This document shows, piece by piece, positions 22,082 through 33,756 of a stretch of 64,000 bases of DNA. Below the pieces are notes generated by a model, which saw only the letters and a program-made list of their open reading frames with translations, ran no database searches and had not been told where the DNA came from. Within the stretch, counting starts at the first letter, position 1. Each line of letters opens with the position of its first letter. This DNA comes from an uncultured Methanosarcinaceae archaeon. Its GTDB lineage: Archaea > Halobacteriota > Methanosarcinia > Methanosarcinales > Methanosarcinaceae. Made by a program: the position numbers and the translations under genes. The stretch is taken from positions 288,001 to 352,000 of the forward strand of contig CAWHXP010000002.1 of NCBI GenBank assembly GCA_963833425.1, written 5' to 3'.

Positions 22082-23419
22082 ACCGGCATTATAGACGCTC
22101 ACTAGATATATTTATTTTTGGGATTGGAAATAAACCAGGATAAAGTGGAAGGAGCCTAAAGATACACTTTCTCAGTTTTAAAAAACAGGGAGAAAATGGT
22201 TTTTAAGTCAGAATTCCGGTATCTAACTACTTTTTCTAGATTTTTTTACCTGAATTTTTTTCCTACCTCAGTCTTTTATTGCTCGAGACATTGAAGTAAT
22301 TTTCCAGAAACCATAGGGAGAAGAAATCACTGCTCTTAGATATTCTCATTACAATGATCATATAGGTTACCTATCGAGTATCTCCTATACTATAATTACT
22401 ATGTCATCTAAAACAAGGATATATCTTTATTAGCTGCTATAATTGCAACATCAATATTTACTTCGAAGATTATTCCGAAGAGATAACTAAATTTGAGAAT
22501 TACTTCCAAGGCTTGTTGCAGGTGTAACCATGTCAAGCAAAATAATAGAAATGGATAGAAGTTCCAATGTAAGACTCAAGATTTTGAACTTAATGCGATT
22601 TGAATGGCGCTAGAAACATCGAGCATAGAACACGAGCGATCGGTTTATCTTAGAATCTCATGGTTGTCTGTCAATCATCCATACGGATAGTATGATTTGG
22701 TTAATCAGATATATCTCGGCCTGTTATTTCACCGGCAATATTGAATTTCGTCAAACATATAGGTTGAGTGGAAATTACTTTCCGGGATCTTCAGGTTTCT
22801 TATTCTATCATCCTTCTACTTCCCACTACCTTTTCTTTTTGGCAATAATGGTAGCTTATCCAGATAAATTCTATTCCACTACCCTTTAAATCCTAAGTCA
22901 TTCTTATAGCAATTTTTCCGCTTGGGCTAATTGCTATAATATGGAATATTTTAAACTGTGGTGATTTTCTTGATGTTGCCTCAACAATTGCTTTCGTACT
23001 TGACTCTCATACACTGTTATCGATGGAAAATATATTTTTTCCAAGTATTATTCTCTTCTTCATTCGTATTTTGTATCCTGATGCGGCTCTTTTTTACGGT
23101 TCCTTTTCTAATCTATGCTCATCCTTATAACAATTTCAAAAACGAATTCTTCTCCGGATGGTTCTCATTGAGGAGATATATTATATTGGATTATAAATAT
23201 ATTTAATACGGATATATTCCTCCTTCAGAAGAAAAAATATATATTGAAACGAGTCTATTTTAATAAAAAAGAGATTTATGAAATTCGGAAATCCGGATTC
23301 ATTGCATAATTTTTTTCTTGTTGACTTCAATGCAGAAAGCAAAGCAGACTCAGGCTACTGAAAAAATTATTTATCTATGATTAGGTAAAATATAATCATA
23401 GGGGTCGCATTTTATAGAG

Positions 23420-24175
23420 GTGTTTTTTTTGTCAGATACGGATTATGACAATAATGATGTGAAGATTGTTACCAAACCTTTAAAATCAAAAAATCCGATT
23501 TTAATTGAAGGTTTTCCAGGAATCGGACTCGTGGGGAACATAGCAAGCCAGCATATGATCGAAGAATTGAATATGGAGTACATTGGCTCCATTGACTCCA
23601 GATATTTTCCTTCTATTGCAGTGCTATATGAGGGACTTATAAACATGCCTGTAAGGATTTACGAAAAAGAGGAGCGTAACTTGATTATCGTAATTTCCGA
23701 TATTCCTATCAGTCACACAGTCTCTTACGATGTCAGTAATGCTCTAGTGGACTGGGCTCAGTCTATTAATGTAAAAGAAATAATTTCCATTGCAGGAATT
23801 GCTATTATGGATGGAGGGCACAAAGTCTTTGGAGCAGCTACCATGCCGGAAATGCTGGAAAAAATTAGGAGTAAAGTAGAGATTTTCCAGATGGGAACTA
23901 TCTCCGGAATTTCGGGCAGCGTAATGACTGAATGCCTGCTGCGTGGGATTCCTGCACTTAGCTTACTTGGAGCTACCAGAACTCAGAATCCGGACCCAAG
24001 GGCTGCATCTGCTGTTATTGAAGTTTTAAACGAGCTTTATGAGCTTTCGATAGATACTCAAAGGCTTGTAGAACAGGCTGAACGTATAGAAATAGAACTT
24101 CAGAGGCTTGCTGAGGATGTTCAGACAACTGAGCAGAAAGGGGAAGTAAAAAAGGAATTTCCAATGTACGGGTGA
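23420..24175 (+). CDS. PAC2-family proteasome assembly chaperone
   Basis: LIEGFPGIGLVG.IA, PVRIY, PDPRAA; C-terminal PMYG. Confidence 0.9.
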   Translation: MFFLSDTDYDNNDVKIVTKPLKSKNPILIEGFPGIGLVGNIASQHMIEELNMEYIGSIDSRYFPSIAVLYEGLINMPVRIYEKEERNLIIVISDIPISHTVSYDVSNALVDWAQSINVKEIISIAGIAIMDGGHKVFGAATMPEMLEKIRSKVEIFQMGTISGISGSVMTECLLRGIPALSLLGATRTQNPDPRAASAVIEVLNELYELSIDTQRLVEQAERIEIELQRLAEDVQTTEQKGEVKKEFPMYG

Positions 24176-24179
24176 TCCC

Positions 24180-24569
24180 ATGGAGTACATAGCATTAACA
24201 GGAATTGCTGATTCTGTGATCGATATCCTGAAAAAACATAATCTCAGAACTCTTGAAATTCGAAATCCTCTAAATTTTTTAGGAATAATCGAGCTTAATG
24301 TGGGAGATGATGTTCTTCTGACTTCTACCAGCCTTCAGGACATTAAAGAGGGGACTCCAGGTCTGATAGCAAGGGTTATGCAGAAGCAAATCTCGGTTCA
24401 TTCTATTCTCAGCTCAAACGATATTTATACTGAAGAGCGAGAAGCTATGTCTGTCCGCATCCAACTTGAATATAGATCTATAGCAAGGGTGAAAAGCGTT
24501 GTTTCAAATAAACTGGGAAAACCGATAAGAATGGATGCGAGGGAGATTTCATGCTACGAAGCAAGATAA
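24180..24569 (+). CDS. DUF473-like conserved archaeal protein
   Basis: ALTGIA...RTLEIR.P.NF...GD.V.LT motif. Confidence 0.75.
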   Translation: MEYIALTGIADSVIDILKKHNLRTLEIRNPLNFLGIIELNVGDDVLLTSTSLQDIKEGTPGLIARVMQKQISVHSILSSNDIYTEEREAMSVRIQLEYRSIARVKSVVSNKLGKPIRMDAREISCYEAR

Positions 24570-24751
24570 CAATCTAATTGAATGATGTAATCGCTAAAAA
24601 CGGTTATATGAACTGAATTTTTTCTAGTTATTCACTGCCTAAGCTTCAGGAAATAACTATCAATTTTTCAAGGACAAAAATATAGCTTCCTGTTCTAATT
24701 TCTCTTTGGGAAAAACTTTTAAAAAATTGAACAAGAAATGGATCATTAATA

Positions 24752-24840
24752 GATAATTTTGATAAAACTCTAATTTTCAAAAGTCGTTGATATACATTTT
24801 ATAAAAATATGACAAAATTTACAAGTTTATCGAAATACTC
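24752..24840. mobile_element. ~88 bp IS5-related MITE
   Basis: GATAATTTTGATAAA ... TTTATCGAAATACTC. Confidence 0.65.
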
Positions 24841-25959
24841 AAGATATGCTAATATTTCTCCAAAGTATTTACGTACGTTCTCTCTGCAACTTTTTTTTCT
24901 TACCATAGTTTTTGGTTTTCTACTACCAGGTGCTTCCGTATTCTCTAATATTTCTCCTCTACTTTTACCTTACTATTTACTAATACCCAACTATCATCCT
25001 AACCTAAACTTTCTACCTGGCATTCCGAAGTGAAAAGTATGAACATGTCAAATTTAAATTTTTCCCATATATGCTTTTAGATCCACGTTTGATACCCATA
25101 AAAATTTTCCCGGAATATGCTCAATTTTTTTAGCAGTAAATATTCTCCTGGATAAGTTTGAAATTACGCATTTGAAATAAAAACCAAATACTTCAAACAT
25201 TACGATCTAATTAAAAAAGAATTTTAAATGTATATTGCAGATTTTACAGAAAATTATGCATGTTATATCTAAAATTAATCTACTTATATTTGAAAAAAAA
25301 ATCACAATATTAAGTTCATTAAGATTTCCACAAATAATGCAAACATAATTAATATAAAATTATATTTTGATTTTAAAGCATTTTACGAGGAAATAATTTT
25401 TATTCAGAAATTATTTTTTGTATAATTAATTTAAAATAACGGTGGAGACAATTTTTGATTTTAGATTAAAGTAAACGAATAAAGAGTTGAGTGAGGAATA
25501 TCAGTAGGATGTGTGATTACGCAGAGTGGATGTATAGATCTATTGGGTAATCGTAGAAAATTTTGATAAACTTCCGATTTTCAACAAATTGCTTCCATTC
25601 ACTTTTTCGCTACGGCCTCTTAGCTTAAATCATGTCCATCAGCAGATTAGAGATCCCCAATATTTCAAACTGTACCGTTTATGGGACACAATTGACTTAT
25701 TGTTGATCATAGTTTACAATTGATTACATTTGATCAAAAGCCAACAAAGTCAGAATTTTTAGGTAAAAGAAAGAAATTATTGTATAGTTGATCCTCGAGA
25801 AATAAACCTTTTATGGACTAATCTTAAAAGAATTAACCTTGAAAGAGCTAATCATTTTATGGCTGATCTTGAATAATCTGACTTTGACGTAGCTACCTTG
25901 ATGTAGCTAACCTTTAGGAACTAACGCAGACAACAATGTTTAGAAAGATTAGGACTATA

Positions 25960-26046
25960 GGGGATTCAATAAACCCCTTATTTTCACGATTTATTTATGT
26001 ATCAATTATAAGCATATGAAAAAGTTTAGGAGTTTATCAAAATCAC
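25960..26046. mobile_element. ~88 bp IS5-related MITE
   Basis: GGGGATTCAATAAACCCCTTA ... TAGGAGTTTATCAAAATCAC. Confidence 0.6.
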
Positions 26047-26071
26047 TTTATTTTTAAAACAGTATTTAAAA

Positions 26072-27066
26072 GGTTCTGTATAAATGCTCTAAATTGAACT
26101 TTTACACTACATTATTATAATTATTCCGTTAGAGTATTCTCCTTATTTTTCTGCTAAAAACGAAGGAACATTCTATATTGAAGTTTAATAAGTACATTAA
26201 ATTTGTTTATATTAACCTTGAAACTGTTCAGTCTTCGAGACTGAAGCTTTATTCCTGCAAATATTCAAAACACGTTTATGCCCAGCATTAGCTTCTTTTA
26301 CTGGTTTTATTTAAAGAGTATATTCGTACAGACTATCTCTAGATTTTGTAGAACTCATTGACCTTATGAGCGATATAAATGAAAAATTTGCTCTTGATAA
26401 AATTCCACATTTCACTACTCTTCAAAAGTATGTAACTAGGATTCCTTCTTATCTGTTTAACCATCTTCTGTCAAGGATTATAAAGCTGTTTTACTCATAT
26501 GGAGAAAATATCTATGATACAGCGATTGATGCAAGGGATTTACGAGTCCCTATGCAAGTTATTATTCCAGAAGAACGGGAATCTTCGAAGAAGCTTCCTG
26601 AGAACTTCAATATCATTAGACATAAGTAAAAAGGTAATATTGGGATGGAAAATTAGTCAAAAAACAGACAATGAAATCAAACATGCAAATGCTCTGATAA
26701 GACAATCAAATAAGATGAGAAAGTCTGATTGTTATGTAATGGATAGAGACGATTCAGAAAAAAATCCATTCTATAATTAGAAAAGAAATCAAAGCAGATT
26801 CAATTATACCTGTAAGAGAGAGAAAAAGGAAGAAAATAGGAGTAAATATAGAAACCAGCTGCCTCTGTCTTTGACAAAATTAAATCTAATCAAATAAATA
26901 TTGTGGAGACAATGTTTTCTGTAGTTTAATGAAAATTAGGAGAAACACTTAAGGCAAGGAAATTCCGTTATCAAGTAAAAGAGATTAAAATTAAATTAAT
27001 AGCATACAACATAAACAAAAAAATTATAAATATAATTTGCATCAAATTATGGATTTCTAAAGAGCC
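26072..27066 (+). mobile_element. IS5-family insertion sequence, 995 bp, transposase pseudogenised
   Basis: TIRs GGTTCTGTATAAAT / ATTTCTAAAGAGCC; 8 bp target duplication ATTTAAAA (26064-26071, 27067-27074); fragments IPHFTTLQK, AIDA, VMDR, IVETMFSVV. Confidence 0.88.
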
Positions 27067-27099
27067 ATTTAAAACAATATTTTTAGGATAGCATGCATT

Positions 27100-27180
27100 G
27101 ACGCATAGTTTCTGTTGAAAAAGAGTTCAAAACGGTGAAAAATGATATTTCGTCGCTTCCGATAGAAGCGTTTCATTAAA
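27100..27180 (+). pseudogene. Possible IS1634-like transposase fragment
   Basis: VEKEFKTVKNDISSLP resembles the post-catalytic E..F..LK motif; short. Confidence 0.3.
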
Positions 27181-27861
27181 AGATAAAAATTCTAATTCAT
27201 TAAGTTAATGACTAAAATAATGCAGAGGTAGGTTTAATATTAACCAATTCTATCGGTACGCTATAAAATTGCTCTTTTTACTGTCTTGGATGGTACTTAT
27301 TTTGCCCATCAACTCGGAAACTTTTGAATTTAATTATCCAAGAGTTTTAGATCACTCCTGATATCATTCCTCTTTCACCGATATATAAATACCAAAATCG
27401 CTCCTCTACATTATAATCTCGCCTATTACGCAGATATAAAAAGCTCTAAATTACTTGGCAGGAAGTGGAAATGGGAAATTGAAATACGTTCCTCTTTTTG
27501 AGATTGCGGATTCAGAAGATGTTGATATTAGATAAGATGGGACATAAATCTGCAGAAAGATCAAGGTGTTTCTCAGGAAGTTGTAGGCAAAACAACCGGA
27601 CATGTTGTCAATGGTCGATTTGTATACATAGGTACTAACTTGAAGTTGGAAATTATCAGTTGATAGATGGGTACCGTAAAGTGATTTACATAGCTATTGC
27701 AGTTATCATCTTCAGCTCTGTAAGCTGGCTACTTAACAGGAAAAAAGATATACAGATATGGAATTCGTTTGCCTATTTGTCAAATATTATTCGTTGAAGA
27801 AACCGACAATTAGGACCTGTAGATTTTTGTCACTCATTTAGCTGTCATTCATCTCAATCCT

Positions 27862-28146
27862 TTAGTTATCATCGAAATCGGCTTTAATTTTGAGTGCATC
27901 TTCACGAGAAAGAGATGTGCATGTTATCGTTGCTTTGAACTTGTTTAATAGCTCTAGTACCTTATCTTCGGCCCATTTCGTGATTAAGATAAATAAAGCA
28001 AAGATTCCTATCAAAATACTCCAAAATGCGCCGCCAATTATGCCTATACCCGCAAGATGTACTGCCCGCTTCACCTGTGTTTTGCCATCGTGCTTGCAAA
28101 TTATCCCAAAAAAGAGTAATATGTTCGTTTTATCAGATTTTATCAA
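27862..28146 (-). pseudogene. DUF1269-like membrane protein remnant with internal deletion
   Basis: DGKTQVK.A, GIIGGAFWSILIG joined directly to ALFIL..KW.EDKVLE.L.KF..TI..TSLSREDA. Confidence 0.6.
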
Positions 28147-28799
28147 TGACTCATCTCCAATACCTAAATCTATTTATTTGCAAGTGTCCAAAAGGCTTTC
28201 TTTTTACTTTCCCTATTTTCAGAGTAAAGACTAAAATCAAGCACAATATTTATTTTAGTTAAATTATTATTTCAACAGTTAAATTGCGTAGATATTCGAA
28301 TTGATAAGATTTCAGCCTAAAACTACCAAAATCTATTCATTTTAAGCGACAATGTACAGTTACCTCCATGGTTATTTTAAATTAATTATACAAAAAATAG
28401 TTTCTGAATAAAAGTTATTTCCCCGTAAAATGTTTTGATTCTAAACAATAATTTAATATTAATTATGTTATTACTTTATAGATAGTCACATATTTAATAT
28501 TGAGCATTTTCGGAAAAAGCACTTAAAATTGTGCTTATCAAATTCTCAAATTAAAAAATCTGATAAAAGTTATTACCAAAATTTTATCTTTTAAATAAAA
28601 AATTTTTAAATTCATTGCCATTCCCTTAGGTCAGTGAATAAATCTGCGAAATGATCTTTTAGAAACTCCTTAGTGGCTAAAAGAAGCAGAGAATTTAAAC
28701 CGAGAGATTGCGAATCCATTTTGAATCAAATACTTCCACTCTTAAATTGATTATAAAAGAAAAGGAAGCACTATATCTCATGATACTTTAACGAGGTAA

Positions 28800-28925
28800 T
28801 GGCGGATTACCAGAAACTGGAATAGGGATTATAATTTGTAAAAAAATTGCGTAATATATGGGGGTATATGGATGGAATCTAAACTGGGTAAAGGTTCAAT
28901 TTTTTTATTTCGCTTTATCAATCAA
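28800..28925 (+). pseudogene. Histidine kinase HATPase C-terminal remnant
   Basis: TGIGIIICKKI then, after a frameshift, GIWMESKLGKGSIF. Confidence 0.65.
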
Positions 28926-29279
28926 CCTTATCGAATTTCAAAAACCAATTTTTTACATATAAGAAAAATTTATAAAGTGTAGCTTTTTCTGTAAAATTTC
29001 CTCTAGCCACTTTAATCTTCTTTTTAATCCTTACTCCATATTATTCACACTTGTTTTCTGTGCACAAGATAAGTCCGAATTACATCCTATATTGAAAAAC
29101 AAAATTATATATCGGGCACAAAAATTTGACTTATAATTTACAGCAAATTCACAACACTGCCATTGAATTTTAAAATACTTCTGTATTGAGAAAATATATG
29201 AAACTTTTATGTAAATATGTGGGAAGTGGAAACAAAAAAATTACCAATCCACTTTTCATTTTTCATCTGTCACATATGA

Positions 29280-29530
29280 ATTGGGCCGTTTAGTTTAGAG
29301 CACGATCCTGGTAAATAAACTGTGTTCAATAATTATATATATTGATTTTTAATTCATTATATCAACTTTACTTCTGAACAAGGTACTCCTACATGGAATG
29401 TATCAAAAGATGCAATGATGTCGTTTTTCCTTGCTGATGTGTCTTAGTAGATGATGAATTTCGCATTTATTATGGAAGTGCAGATATGTCAGTATCAATG
29501 CCCAGTGCAAAATTGCGAATACCTGAGTAG
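29280..29530 (+). pseudogene. GH130-like glycosidase/phosphorylase C-terminal remnant
   Basis: NDVVFPC*CVLVDDEFRIYYGSAD. Confidence 0.6.
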
Positions 29531-29629
29531 ATACAGGGGTGCTCTGAGAAACAATGTCCTGAAGAATACTGTAGATAGTTTGAAGAAAAAAAAATTTTCT
29601 AGATACAAAAAAAGTGATTTTAAATAAAA

Positions 29630-29717
29630 GAGAATTTCGATAAATCTCTAATTTTCAAAGTAACTTATAAACTATTTATAATCACATGACAAAATTAAGG
29701 AATTTATCTAAATTCTC
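29630..29717. mobile_element. 88 bp IS5-related MITE
   Basis: GAGAATTTCGATAAAT ... ATTTATCTAAATTCTC. Confidence 0.75.
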
Positions 29718-30979
29718 TATAGGCCTAGTTTCTCTAGAGTTGTTGTCTACGTTAGCTTTAAAAGGTTACTCTAATGTTCTAAAAACTGCTGCTCTGGTGA
29801 TTTAAAAACTAGCCGAAACTCCTCTTTTAGTTGTATGAAAAATTCTTTGTCCAATTTTTACCTTATAAAGCACTCTCACTTTAGACAGCTGGTCAATTTT
29901 GATAAATTAAGCGCTACTTCAAGGTTAGCCTTAAAAGAGTTTATAGAATTATATATATTATTTATATATATTATCAATCTTACTTACAGATAATCATACC
30001 TTCAAAGAAACAAATCTGGATCATCAATTAGAATATAAAATTCACTCAGTGAATCTGCCGATGAAAAGTTTATTGGAAGACGAACAGCATGAAAATTGGA
30101 TTCAATTAGCTGAAGGTTGGCAAGTAGACAAAATGGGATAATAGCCATTTGGCAAACCAATAACGATACCGACTATTTAATGAACAGTCTTTCTGTAATA
30201 ATATTAATAGTTCAAGTAGCAGAAATATTGCGTGTGAAAAGCCCAAACTACGAACAAGGCTATTAAGTCAGCTACATAGCTTGCTACCACTTCTCTATCA
30301 ACAATATTTTTTATGATATCAAAGTTGGTTTAGGTCCGAATTTTAGCTATAATAGTGGACATGAATATAGGAAATTAATGCAATTTCAGAGAGTAAAAAT
30401 AAAAATATAGAGTCAAAAATTAATGACATAGATATAATTCGAGGGAAAATTATTGAGAAGTTTATTCGGGTCAGAAAAATGCACAAGTCACAAATTATTT
30501 AAATTTTTTATTCGAACGGCTTTTTTTAGCTCCTAGCACTTCAATTGCTCTCGAATTGATAAAGGTTAACATCTATAGCCTGTAATTAGGATACAAACGT
30601 TGAATGTTTCCCAGTTCCTTTTTGGATATTCCATATAGTCCTTTGATTTACTAGGTACGTGATCACAAAAGTATTAAATATATATCTAATTTCATTCGAC
30701 TGCATAGAGTAAATTTAATGAAGAATATGTGCCTATTTTAGGAACTACAGTTTAATAAAATTAACAGAAATAAATTGGATCTTGAGATCATAGATCAAGA
30801 GTTATTGAAGTACCGAAGTTACGGCATTTATTGCAAGACTCATCAGGAAGGAATGAATTTTCAGCAAATTTCAGTAGAACTATCAAAATGTACCAGAAGG
30901 CTTTAAAGTTCTTCTAAAAATGATATTAATTATAAAATCTCAGGATTCTCTAAAATTAAAAATTGAATCTGAAAACAAA

Positions 30980-31004
30980 AAATTGGTCAAAAAAGGACCA
31001 ATTT
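30980..31004 (-). terminator. Hairpin downstream of the thermosome gene
   Basis: AAATTGGTC-N7-GACCAATTT perfect 9 bp stem, followed by T-rich sequence on the minus strand. Confidence 0.4.
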
Positions 31005-31073
31005 GTATTCTATAAAAAGGTTCTGAAAGGTTGTAAGATCTCCAGAAACCCTCGATTAATATTTATAATTTTT

Positions 31074-32708
31074 TCACATGTCTTCTGGCATTTCGCCACC
31101 GGAGCCTGCGCCTGGGCCTGCACCTGCTGTTCCACTGCTTGATGAGGCGATTACGTCATCGATTCTGAGAATCATGATTGCAGCTTCTGTGGCTGCATTA
31201 ATTGCCTGGGTCTTAATTCGGAGAGGTTCGAGAACATTGTTTTCGAACATGTCCTCAATCTTACCGCTGTAGACGTTAATCCCTGCCCTTTTGTTTCCCT
31301 TCTCGTGCTGGGAGCGCATTTCCACAAGCATATCTATCGGGTCAAGCCCTGCATTTTCTGCAAGTGTCTGAGGAATAATTTCGAGAGACTCAGCAAACTT
31401 CATCACAGCAAGCTGTTCTCTGCCTTTAAGGGTTGCTGAGTATTCCTTGAGTCTGAGGGCTAATTCAATTTCAGGTGAGCCTCCACCCACAACTATCTTC
31501 TGGTCTTCTAGAGCAACACCCACGACTCTGAGAGCGTCTTCGAGAGCTCTCTCAATCCCCTCAACTACATGTTCGGTTCCACCGCGAAGGAGAATTGAGG
31601 TGGTTTTGCTTTCCTTGCAATCTGTGACGAAAGTCATTCTGGAACCTGTAACATCCTTTTCTTCCACAAGGCCGGCATATCCAAGGTCTGATTCTTCAAT
31701 TTCATCCATGCTTGTGATGATCTTTGCACCTGTTGCCCGAGATAGCTTGTCCATATCGCTCTTCTTAACTCTGCGCATAGCGAAAATACCAGCTTTTGTG
31801 AGATAATACTGGGCAAGATCATCAATGCCTTTCTGGCAGAAAACCACTTTTGCACCTGTCCTTATTACCTTTTCCACGATTTCCTTGAGCATGGATTCTT
31901 CTTGATCTAGGAATAACTGCATCTGGTCAGGGGTGGTGATCTTTATTTCGGCTTTTGTTTCAGTCTTCTTGAGTTCAATGGGTACACTCAAGAGTAAAAC
32001 TTTTGCATTCTCAACAATTTCCGGCATTCCTGTGTGAACGCGTTCTTTATCAATGATCACCCCTTCTATAATTTTGGAGTCCCCAATACTCCCACCTGGC
32101 CTCTTTTCAATCTTGATATCTTCGATATCTACAGTGAGTTTCCCATCTTCGCTCACATCAACAACCGACTTAACAGCCTTAACTGCAAGCCTGGAAAGGT
32201 GTTCCTTATTAGCCTCTGCACCTTTTCCTGTTATAGCTGTGGCTGCAAGTTTTTCTAGAGTTATAGTGTCTTCTGGGGATGCGCTAATAGTAATGGTTTC
32301 AATTATCCTTGCTGCCTGATCTGCTGCAAGCCTATAACCGCTTGCAATCACTGTGGGGTGTACACCGCTTTCTAGCAGGGATTCTGCCTTTGTTAGGAAT
32401 TCTCCTGCGAGCACAGCTGCTGTGGTGGTTCCATCTCCGACTTCAGCGTCCTGAGTCTTGGCCACTTCTACGATCATCTTTGCACCTGGGTGCTCGATGT
32501 CCATTTCTTTGAGGATTGTTGCTCCATCATTGGTGATAACCACATCACCTAGGGAGTCTACAAGCATCTTGTCCATACCCTTCGGCCCAAGAGTGGTCCT
32601 TACTGCCTCAGCTACTGCCTTCGCGGCCATAATATTGTTATGCTGGGCATCGGAACCATGAGTTCTCTTGCTGCCTTCCCTTAAAATAAAGATCGGTTGT
32701 GCTGCCAA
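31074..32708 (-). CDS. ths: Thermosome subunit (group II chaperonin)
   Basis: [27 protein letters not shown] start at 32708 behind an AGGAGA RBS. Confidence 0.97.
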   Translation of the reverse strand: MAAQPIFILREGSKRTHGSDAQHNNIMAAKAVAEAVRTTLGPKGMDKMLVDSLGDVVITNDGATILKEMDIEHPGAKMIVEVAKTQDAEVGDGTTTAAVLAGEFLTKAESLLESGVHPTVIASGYRLAADQAARIIETITISASPEDTITLEKLAATAITGKGAEANKEHLSRLAVKAVKSVVDVSEDGKLTVDIEDIKIEKRPGGSIGDSKIIEGVIIDKERVHTGMPEIVENAKVLLLSVPIELKKTETKAEIKITTPDQMQLFLDQEESMLKEIVEKVIRTGAKVVFCQKGIDDLAQYYLTKAGIFAMRRVKKSDMDKLSRATGAKIITSMDEIEESDLGYAGLVEEKDVTGSRMTFVTDCKESKTTSILLRGGTEHVVEGIERALEDALRVVGVALEDQKIVVGGGSPEIELALRLKEYSATLKGREQLAVMKFAESLEIIPQTLAENAGLDPIDMLVEMRSQHEKGNKRAGINVYSGKIEDMFENNVLEPLRIKTQAINAATEAAIMILRIDDVIASSSSGTAGAGPGAGSGGEMPEDM

Positions 32709-33046
32709 GCTTAAATCTCCTTTTAATGATATGAATTTATATGAATTTTTATTAATCATATTCCTAAGCACATTATTTTTGTGCGTAATTTTCCTATTCT
32801 TAATGCAAGCACTTCTATATAAGAATTCCTCTGAAATTTGGTCTTGAATATGGGAAATTGAGCCACCTGAATCTTTTAACTTTAGACTGAAAGTATTCAC
32901 TAATTCCTAATGAAACCCAATCCTTTTTTAGCTCGAATGATTTGACAAAACTCATTGTATAATAAAATTTGATCATATATTCCACAAACTAGGCCCGTTT
33001 TTGTCACAATTAAGCTATTATATTCCCAAAATTATCACAAATATAC

Positions 33047-33234
33047 ATTACTATTCAGGTAGCTTTGTGAGTGACCACACAATTTTTCCTAGGAAAGAGG
33101 AAAATCGGATGTAAAATGAATTATTTTTATTGCTGATGAAAAAGAAGAGATTCTGTTATGTGTGCTCAAATCCTAAAGTTATTGCTTATATTGAGAGTCT
33201 TGAATCTCAAATTAAAAAACCTACTGAAAGATCA
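33047..33234 (+). mobile_element. IS66-like left end with transposase N-terminal remnant
   Basis: ATTACTATTCAG end-like sequence; SNPKVIAYIESLESQIK..TER leucine-zipper start; truncated by a MITE end at 33235. Confidence 0.55.
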
Positions 33235-33295
33235 GAGAATTTCAGTAAACCTCTGATTTTCACGAGTCATTTAGATCCAATCTATAAGTACATCT
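33235..33295. mobile_element. Truncated IS5-related MITE (one end only)
   Basis: GAGAATTTCAGTAAACCTCTGATTTTCACGAGTCAT, matching the copy at 36440. Confidence 0.55.
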
Positions 33296-33299
33296 CCAC

Positions 33300-33410
33300 A
33301 AAAATTTCATCTTTTTTCTCAATATGATAGTAGCTTAAAAATTAATCAAGCTCTCAAGAATAATCGTGGGCAAATAGGCAAATGAATTGAACATCTGTGT
33401 ACATTTCAGA
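33300..33410. repeat. ~115 bp dispersed repeat, copy A
   Basis: TTCTCAATATGA..TAGCTTAAAAATTAATC..GTGGGCAAATAGGCAAA..ACATCT. Confidence 0.7.
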
Positions 33411-33434
33411 ATTATAAATTTCTATTAAACTTTA

Positions 33435-33522
33435 TAAAATATCTATAAACCTCAGATTTCAACAAATTGCTGATATAGACTATAATACAACTGGCCAAAA
33501 AAAGGGGGTTTCTCGAAATCCT
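33435..33522. mobile_element. Degenerate ~88 bp IS5-related MITE
   Basis: ATAAACCTCAGATTTC ... AGGGGGTTTCTCGAAATCCT. Confidence 0.45.
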
Positions 33523-33756
33523 TTTTAGTATTCTGCTATATCCGAATATGCCAATCAAGTTGATCAAGAAAAAATTTATAGATATGAATTTTTTAAACAT
33601 ATTGCTCATATATCTTTTTTAATAAATATCATCTATTTTCGTAAAAAATACATTTAGGCATGTTATTCAAAAAATATCACGATTGTTTTTAATATAACCC
33701 TTATTGTTTCAAAAAAATCTAAGTTCAAAACCTAAAAATAAGCTCAAGAGAGTTTA

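Noticed and set aside
22150..23400. Short ORFs between tgtA and the PAC2 gene
   Set aside because: Low-complexity or broken frames; no family recognised
24580..24620. Possible box C/D sRNA (ATGATG...CTGA)
   Set aside because: Imperfect C box, too short, no clear D'/C' pair
27600..27760. Possible DedA-like membrane protein remnant
   Set aside because: Only a hydrophobic stretch; too weak to call
32709..32900. N-terminal extension of thermosome in the ORF track; similar for smc, mcm, sdo1, rpl37ae and RFAP synthase
   Set aside because: Family homology begins at downstream start codons, several with a clear RBS
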